From the NCBI GenBank assembly GCA_964187785.1, contig OZ076412.1, positions 23,126,001 to 23,190,000 of the forward strand: DNA of 64,000 nt, written 5' to 3'. Each line of letters starts with the position of its first letter. The first letter of the stretch is position 1. Shown one piece after another: positions 47,601 through 56,600 of the stretch. The notes beneath the pieces are model-generated. The model was not told the DNA's origin. It was given only the letters and a program-made list of their open reading frames with translations, and ran no database searches. This DNA is from Amphiscolops sp. MND2022. Taxonomy: Eukaryota. The translations under genes were made by a program, and so were the position numbers.

Positions 47601-50600
47601 GAAAATGCAATAGGTTGAAATTGCATCGGATGAAATGTCCTGACTCCTTTTTCTCCACCTTATCATGAAAAGATAAAATAAATCGATTTGGAATAAATAG
47701 ATGGAAAACTGATGAAGGCTGCGATAATCTTGTGGTTAGAGCACTCCGTTTTATGTAAAAGGTAACTGCTTCAAATTTGGCGATTGCTAAATTGGAACGC
47801 CGAATTGTTTTGTTTCTGCTCAAATTGAATTATATTTATAGAACTATTTCTTTGGGAAAAGCTACTCTAGCAAATGGTCGATTTTTCTTTTTCGAGTGAT
47901 TGAATCTCCAGCGTTAGACATCTACAGCTATGATTTTGAAGAATTGCGTGCGCGACTTTTTAGCAAAGTTTACTTTTGTGATCTCCATTTTCCCCGCGAA
48001 ATCGAATGTTCAGGTCGAATCTTAGTGGTCCTGAAGGAACTTTCAAAACTTCCTGTCGGTTGCTTCGTCGGAAAAAGCTTCTTTTCGAGCATCGTAGACA
48101 CATGGGCTGTGAAATTGCACACCGGGTGTGTAGAAGCAATTAGAAAGCGGATATTCCACCAAGGTTTCGCGATGCAGGTTTTCAGAGATAATGATTTTTC
48201 TGAAGCTATTACGCGGTGTCATCCAGCCCCAGAATATTGCTTGAAGTCTGCTACAGTTACAAGACATTGAATTTTCCAACGATCATCAAATGTTCTGTAA
48301 GAATCGTTTTAAACTCTGATCTTGACTTCTTGAGGCACTTTGGTTGTCCAAATAAGAAACTTTTCAGGAAAAAAATTAGAAAAGCCTCATTTTGAGGCAA
48401 CTACCTTTAATTGCATCGGCTGGTTGTCATTTTTGGAAAATAATCAATTGTGTGAAGAAAGTACCCTCATTCGGGTGACGAAGCATTTCGCCTGTAGTTT
48501 TTTGTCTGTTTGTTTCTACAATAATCTGTCTCGGGATTTTTATTAACTATAACTATTTTTGTCGTACCAAGGAAAACAGTTTGTTCAATGTGTAATGTGT
48601 GACAAGTGTAACGGTTCCGAAAAAATATTCACGCTCTCATTCGACAAAAATCGAACTAGCAGGATCCTGCTAGCTCGATACCGGGATGTGTATCGTAATG
48701 TTGGTCCACCAAAACGTTAATGGATAGCCTTCGAAGTTGACTTTGGGTCAACGTGAAGGATTATCAATGCAATGGACGTTGATTATCGTCTTTTCGTATT
48801 CTTTTTCGTATCCTTTTTCGTTATCCTTCGATTATCCTTTTTCGTATCCTCTATCAAACTTCTTTTTAATCGGCGCTTTTTTGAATGAAACGCAACTATC
48901 CTAGTGGCTTTTAGTCGTTTTTCTTTCAATCTGCTCGAAACGACCATAAACGTGCCGAATACCAAAATCATTCAAATGATCTTTTATTTTTCAACATACG
49001 TATTCGAATTTCAAGCTATTTGTGGGTTCATTTTCGGTGCTGTTTCTTTTCACAAACGAGGACCCGCTTTTGTTTTTAAAATTTTATAGTTCCCGGCTTG
49101 TTTTGGTTTCTCTTTATCGTTTATGTTTTTTTTTCATGGAGATTTTTTATTGTTATTATTATTATCATCAAAATAATGATGATGATTATTATCATCATTA
49201 TTTTGTCTTTTCTTCCGAAATTACCCAATGCAACACATCTCTCGACAATCTTTCAGCAACCTATCGCAGCAAGATTTTGACAGACTTTTTCGACGTTATT
49301 GTTAGCTGCTTATCAATGGGTTTCCCTTTTTCCTTGTTTTTTTTTCGAAAAGTGTCATTTTCACTTATTCTGCAATCAGGCATATTATTGAGTTTGAACA
49401 GAGATGATTATGATTTCATAAATGGATCACGAAAAGTACGCTCTCTTCTCTTCAAAGTCAGAAACTCATTGTCAGCTTTCAATTTACTAAATAGTCGTCA
49501 ATAAAGAGTGCTTCACTAGTCTTTTGAGTGATTGGAACCCGGTTGTGTGTTTAGTAGGAAAACTATTTAACATCTGATGTTAGGCGCATTTTGATCAGCT
49601 AAAAATTGTGCCATCCAATTAGTTTGGTATTTGGTTTCCTCAAATGACCTTAAAATATTTATAATCAGCGACAATTGAACCATCGCGGTAACAGTTTTAA
49701 TTATTGACTTTATCATGCTTTATTAAAATGAATATATACGTTCCATTAAGGTTCCATTTTTTGTAATGGAAATGCTCTGATAATTTGTTTCATTGTTCCA
49801 TATTTGGATACTCATTGATGCCTTTTGAATTCGAATCCGGGTAATGAATGGTGCCATGTTTGCCTGAAAATTCCCTTTCACTGACGAGTTTTTTATTTTT
49901 CAGAAGTGGATCCCACAGGAAGTAATTGAAGCATTGCTTGTTCTTTTTTGCGCCTCACAATCATTTTCTTTATGCAAAGCTCCACCTATACAGTCTTCTT
50001 TCAAACTAATTTCTTCAATATATATAAGGACAAATTCGGATATAACGTACTTATTCTTGGTAAAGCTGGTTTTTTAATCGGCGTTTTCTTTAAGAAATAG
50101 TATCCGACACCGAGAAGTTTTTGAAGTTTTTTCTTCAGGCCACAGACCGCACAATGAATGTTCTACTTTTTCAACAAACGTTTGCGACAACGTCTGCCCA
50201 CTTGCCCGGGCTGGCAATCAATGGTACCGAGGTGGCATCTTCAGCTTTTGCGTTGGTCCACCGGTGAACAGGATTTTTTCACAACAATCAATTATAGGGG
50301 TTACCAATCAATTAATTGTAATTGCTAGTTTGTAACAATCAATTATTGCAATTAATTGGTGCATTTTGTTACGAGTTCTTGATCCCAGAGCTTATTTATC
50401 TCAAGAAAAATCTGCATCTCAAGATTCACCGGAAAATCGCCCTAAAATCGTCAAGTGCCATTCCGGTCGTGCTGAACAATCTTTCCACCAAATTTGAAGT
50501 TGGCAAAACAAACTTGGTAGACATATAACTGCTGTCAAAACAGTTTTTTTCAATGCGTTTTTTTCTTGAGAAAATCTACTGCAAAGGCGTTAGATGTGCT

Positions 50601-53600
50601 GGTTTAAACTAAGTGGATTTTGCGGGCCGGCGATATATTAATAAATTTAACAAGCTGTGAAATTATCGTTATAACTACAAAGTGTGTATTTTCGACTGGT
50701 TATAAGGGTGACTATTCAAATCGTAGAATATTCAAACCGTCGAAAAAATCAAAGCGTCGAAAGAATTCCATAGCAGCGATTATTATTTCGCTTCGCTCCC
50801 TTCGCCAAGTAGCAACATTGAGGCATGGTCATATGGCACGTCGCTTCGCTTCGCTCCTGCATTTAGGGCACTAGGAGTATGTGGACATAGCTGACTACGT
50901 TATCGTTATTAGTTCGTCGCTTGTGCTGTATTCATTTTACTGGATTTGATTGGTTCATTGAATGAAAGTTTGGTCACGTGACTATGACGCGCAGTATTTA
51001 CTGCGTGTAAACTGCTTTCGACGCTTTGAATATTCTACGATTTGAACCGTCCCCGGTTAGAAGTTATATAAGTTATGCAATTCAAAAGAAGCAAAGGCAA
51101 AATGTTCACAAAATGACAATCGAGACATTGATTGTGTAACTCCGAGAATTCCAGCTTTGTATTGAGTAAATTTCGTCATCGTTCGCTCATACGTAGCTGT
51201 GTTCAGCCAATAAAAAACGTTTAGACTGATTTAAAAGATCGTATCGAATAAAAAGCTTGCAGTGAATTCGTCAAATTTGTCGGCTGCAATCGATGTTACG
51301 TAATTTCCTGTTCGTAGGAATGGTGATTTCATCTCTGAAAAACAGCTCAGTGGCGTCGCAGTACATAGTTATTGCAGCACCAATTAATTGACAATTAATT
51401 GGTAATCTGAAATCAATTAATTGTAATTGTGAAATGGCTGAAATTACTTAATTGATTGCAATTAATTGCAATGTAATTGGAAGCAATTAATTTTTGACAG
51501 CCCCTGCCGGTGGACTGTCATTGATTGCCAACGCGGGCAAATGGGCGAGCGTTGCAAACGTGTTGAAAAAGTTGAACATTCATTATTGTTATCGGTCTGT
51601 TGTTTGAAGAAAAAACTTGTCAATTTCCCGTCACTTGCCCGCGATTCGAACCTGTATTCTGTTTGCTGACAATCGATCGTTCACCTTAGCCCTTATACTT
51701 TGATTGTTTTTACTGAGCTATATTTGGCCTGCAACATTGCCTACATCACGGCTTCGGGACTCGCGGTGCGGAAGCTGTCCTTAAAATGCTACAAAAGTGG
51801 TACTCCTAAGTGTGGTCCCTACAAAATTTATGCAGCCGGCCTGAAAACTCCTGACTAAGTGTGGTCCCTAGCAAATTTAGAATAGCCAACGTAAAGCAAA
51901 CATTACATGTAGTTCAAAACAGCAGAATTCAATTTACTAGCTTTTAGTGCTGTTACAGCCAATATGTATGGAACTTGATTTGAAGAGGTTAGCATATTTG
52001 TTGTATGGCTCGGTCGCTTCGCTCCCTTCGCCAAGTAGCAACATTGAGGCATGGCCATATGGGAAGTTGCTTCGGTCCTGCATTTAGGGCACTAAGGGTA
52101 TGTTAACATAGCTGACTACGTTATAATGAGTATTCCGACAAAATATGCAGGGACCACACTTACATTATAGGGACCAAACTTGGTAAGGAGAAATCGCTTG
52201 GGACCACACTTAGTCAGGAGTACTACAAAAGTAATTAAAGTAACCCCCGGACTCAATAATGAAACGATGACAGCCAAAAATTACATTTTAAGTATTTATC
52301 CGAATGTCATTGTGTATTTTCAAATAAAATATACACGGTGTCAATTGGTGGAGCACCAGTGGAAATAGTGGCTGATGATCCAAAATTGCCTCCACGGTTG
52401 TCCCATCGGTGGTTTGCGGCGAAGTTCCAGCACGAGTGGCCCAGTGGTTAAGATGCGTGCTTTAGAAGCAGAGGTCCGCGGGTTCGAATCTCGCTCACGA
52501 CCAATTCTTCATCTTTTCCATTGTAACCGTACTGATTGTATTTTCGTGTATGACCTTTATAGCGTAATACAAGTCGGATACAAGTACTCATTTTGGGTAT
52601 AGCGCATTTTCTTGGTCTTTCTTACATGGTGCCAGCAGTGGGCGATCTTTCGAATCTAAACGATGTCAGTTTTTTTCACCCAAGTTTCTCAGGGGAAAAA
52701 TTAATGGCTCTGTCGCGTTTTTCCCCAAATGGTCTCATTTTATACTCAAAAAAGATTCTTCTACCGAATTGAAAAACCAGAAAAAGTTTCGTAGAAAATG
52801 TAAAAATTCCGAAATTTGCCCGTGCTCTTGAATCGAACTATACTATACATTTTCTAACATAACCTAAAAGTTCAAATACAACTATCTTCATTTAGATTTT
52901 TTTGCACTTTCGAAATGCCCCCTGTCGCAGGCTGCCGCCTGTGACGGGATCAGATACACGATGTCAGCGGACAACCAAGAAATAGTACCAGGAACACTCG
53001 CTATTTATTAAACTGAAACTCTGTTCATTTAGCATCAAAATGCCTATTTTAATATCTTGCAAGTTGATATATTTATATGTTGAAGTTTAGAACATTAGTC
53101 TGTTAACGTCGTTGAATTGTTCAGATTGCTGTAAATGTATTAAAATTGATAAGGATGCGAAAGCGAAGAAGTTGACTGCAAAGCAATACGGAAACTAGTT
53201 CGAGTGCGTTTCTGTACTTTTTTGTTCGGCAACGTTGCTTAGTAGTACATTTCTGACCAATCACAAGCCTTCATTATAGTGGCGCAGTTTAATTATTTGC
53301 CGGTTACGGGCGTTTGACTGAGTGCTAATAATAAAGTTGTCTGTACTCAGGCAATTGACCGGTTCAGGCCAAATAGAGCGGCGTCTTCTTAAGTCGCTAT
53401 TATTTGGTAAGGAGGATGATTGGTGCCTGCTTTTGTAATGTAATGCCCACTATAAGATGAAAGGAGTTAATATTAGTGTTTGTAGTATTTACTGTTGACT
53501 TGTTTTGTTGCTAACAAATACCAGTTTCCGGACCTATTCCGGCTAATACTCGCAGTGTAAAAGTGTGCTCAATGGCCTTATTGGGCTTTATTAGTACATA

Positions 53601-56600
53601 ATCACCCAGTGCATGTAATATTAAAATAGCTTCACCTACGTGCCTTTTCAAGGTTCGCGTGCTAGCACGTGCCTCAGTGTGCAATCACATATTTTGAATA
53701 CCTTCACCCCAATGATGACATGAAGTATTTATAATCCATAGCAACACAAGACTCAACTCAAAAATGCCTTTAATGTACGGTACTGAATATGCTTTGTTCA
53801 AACCGATGCTTTGACATGTCCATTTGTTGATGCCTGAATGCCATTCCAGGAATGTGAACCCGGAAGGGTACATGACAATTTTCCTTAATTCTGTTGACAC
53901 ATTGATGCTTAAGGAATGTGATTATCACCGCCATGGGACTATATATACTAGCAACTCTCATACTGAGAACACAGTTTTGTAAACTCATTGCAGTGCACAG
54001 GCAAGCTATTTTGCTGCTTTTCGTGGAATCCGGGACACGAAAATTGAGAAGTCGTTGAATCCAGGACAAAATTTCTCTTTGATGTTAAGCGTGTCTTGGA
54101 TTCCACGACAGTGCTTGTCCTGGATTCCACGCCAATACTGCTGCTATAATGACACTTTTGCCGCTGCTCTCTGATTGGTCCGCTGATTTTGAGTAATAAT
54201 TTTTGGAAATGTAGAAAAATTTAAATTAATTCAATTTTATATCAATGGAACTTGTTTTGATTGACACGAAAATTCCCAAAGTACGAATTGAGATACTCAT
54301 GACTGGTACCAAAATTAAAGCATGTCATCAAATAATGGCAGATTGTGATGATCTGGCAGTTTGTTCAAAACTGGTACTAAACTTAAAAATACGAATGTTT
54401 GTGTAATATAATATTCATTTTGCATGATCATTATTAGAAAGGCAGAAGAACCTAAACTAAATCAATTTTACATCGAAGGAAAATGTTTTGATTGACACGA
54501 AAAGTCCCAAAGTACGAATAGAGATCCTCATGACTGGTACCAAAATTAAAGCATGTCATCAAATAATGGCAGATTGTGATGATCTGGCAGTTTGTTCAAA
54601 ACTGGTACTAAACTTGAAAATACGAATTTTTGTGTAATATAATATTCATTTTGCTTGATCATTATTAGAAAGGCAGAAGAACTTAAACTAAATCAATTTT
54701 ACATCGAAGGAAAATGTTTTGATTGACACGAAAAATCCAAAAAGTACGAATAGAGATACTCATGACTGGTACCAAAATTGAAGCATGTCATCAAATAATG
54801 GCAGATTGTGATGATCTGGCAGTTTGTTCAGAACTGGTACTAAACTTCGAAAAATACGAATATTTTGTGTGATATTGGTGTGTTTGTCTGTTTATCTGAA
54901 TCATTTTGAATTAATATACGAAAAGTAGTGCATAATATTATGTTTGTTCAGTCTTCCACTTGAATTTAATTAAAGAAGAGATGCCGCGTATCGCGTCAAG
55001 CATAAAGTCGTGGAATTTAGGAAATTTATGATTTCTGCAATCTGATTGGCTCATTTTGCAAAACATACGTTTTTGTGGAATCCGGGACACCGCTGCATGC
55101 CGACAGTGCGTACAGCTAAGCATTTGTTACTGGAATCCACGACGAAATCCGTGGAATCCGGGACAAATTACGCAATTTGCCAATTTTGCACGGTTAAAGG
55201 TATGGTCGTGGAATCCGAGGTATTGAAAGCACAATGTTGCGCTTTGAGCACATAAGGATTGCCTGTGCACTCTAATGCTGTTTTGCTGTTCAAACCGATC
55301 AAATACTACTTTTCCGATTAAACGATTAAAATAATTCAGCTATTTACAATCAGATATTCATCATGCCTATCACTAGAAAACAAAAGAAAGCTAGAAAATC
55401 TGGAGAAACAGAGATTTTATCAGATATAGAGAATCTAGATATGTTGCGAGGTAAACACCTAGAAAGGGCGAGAAGTGAGTTTAGTGACCTCATTAGGGGA
55501 CATGATAGTCCAAATTACAATGCACCAGTAAATGATGAAGAGGATAGTTACCCAAATTCTATGGAAAATAGATCAAGTAACAGTGCCAATTATGGCCATA
55601 ACTCAGCTGGCACAAACTCTAGTGCGGATTTCAATAGGTTATCAGGCGAGCTCAATTTGAGGATCTCGAGAGAGATGGTAGAAGTGATGAACAGTGTCAG
55701 TGTTCAAATCCAAAGGGCTATTTATGATGCAATAAGTAATCAAGTTTTGCCCCAAATTCAGATCGCCCTCAGGACCGGTTCAGGACAAATGACACAGAAA
55801 GGATGGAACGTCTCGGCCGAGAGACCAGAACGTAACTCCGAATATAATCCAGTCAGAAAATCAGGAGTAGTTCAAGGAGTGAGCCTTTCCGTAATCGTCT
55901 CAATGACGAAAATGCAGACAGTACTCACGACACCCTCTTTTGTTTTTTAAAATGTTTTCAGTGAGGGAAAAGCTTTTTTTGAGCCCAAAGTGTCTGTTAT
56001 AGCATTTTTCGGCATTAAGGTTTTTGAGAATTTTTCACCCCTGCGCATATCTAGAAGACTGCGCTTTTTGAGCCTTAAGCGGGCGTGGACGTTTCCGTGT
56101 TGTTGGTATATTAAAAGTATCAAAATCATCTGTATTTGTTGAAAAATTCAAGTTTAGTCAGCTTGTATTGGATGTCAGTCTGATTTCAATTATAGTGTTA
56201 GACACATGCAGCTGTTGGTGCCCTTTTCAATGTGCCACAAGAACTAACTGCAAGCTCCTAATCTTCGGATACTTTCTGTCGGTTGGCTTTTGCTTGATAT
56301 CAATGCTGTAGCTTTTATGAAAGTAATAACGCTGTTGCACTGAAATGGAGCAATTCAATGGATTTGATTCTCAATTAACGTCGAATTGGATAGATTGCAA
56401 ACTACACGTTTGTTTGTTAATTTTCAATAATCCGATTATTTTTGTGATTCGGAAGCTGTGAGGGTTTACTCGCTATTGGCGTCAAAAATCATCTTGAGAA
56501 TGTTATCAATGTCATTAATAATGTCAATGTCAATATCACGAGCTTCAAACACTCGTGTTCATTGTTCGTGTTGTAGGAGATCTGAAATAGAAAATATGCT

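Noticed and set aside
52430-52503. Functional tRNA gene
   Set aside because: The acceptor stem does not pair and the anticodon stem has only three pairs; treated as SINE-derived.
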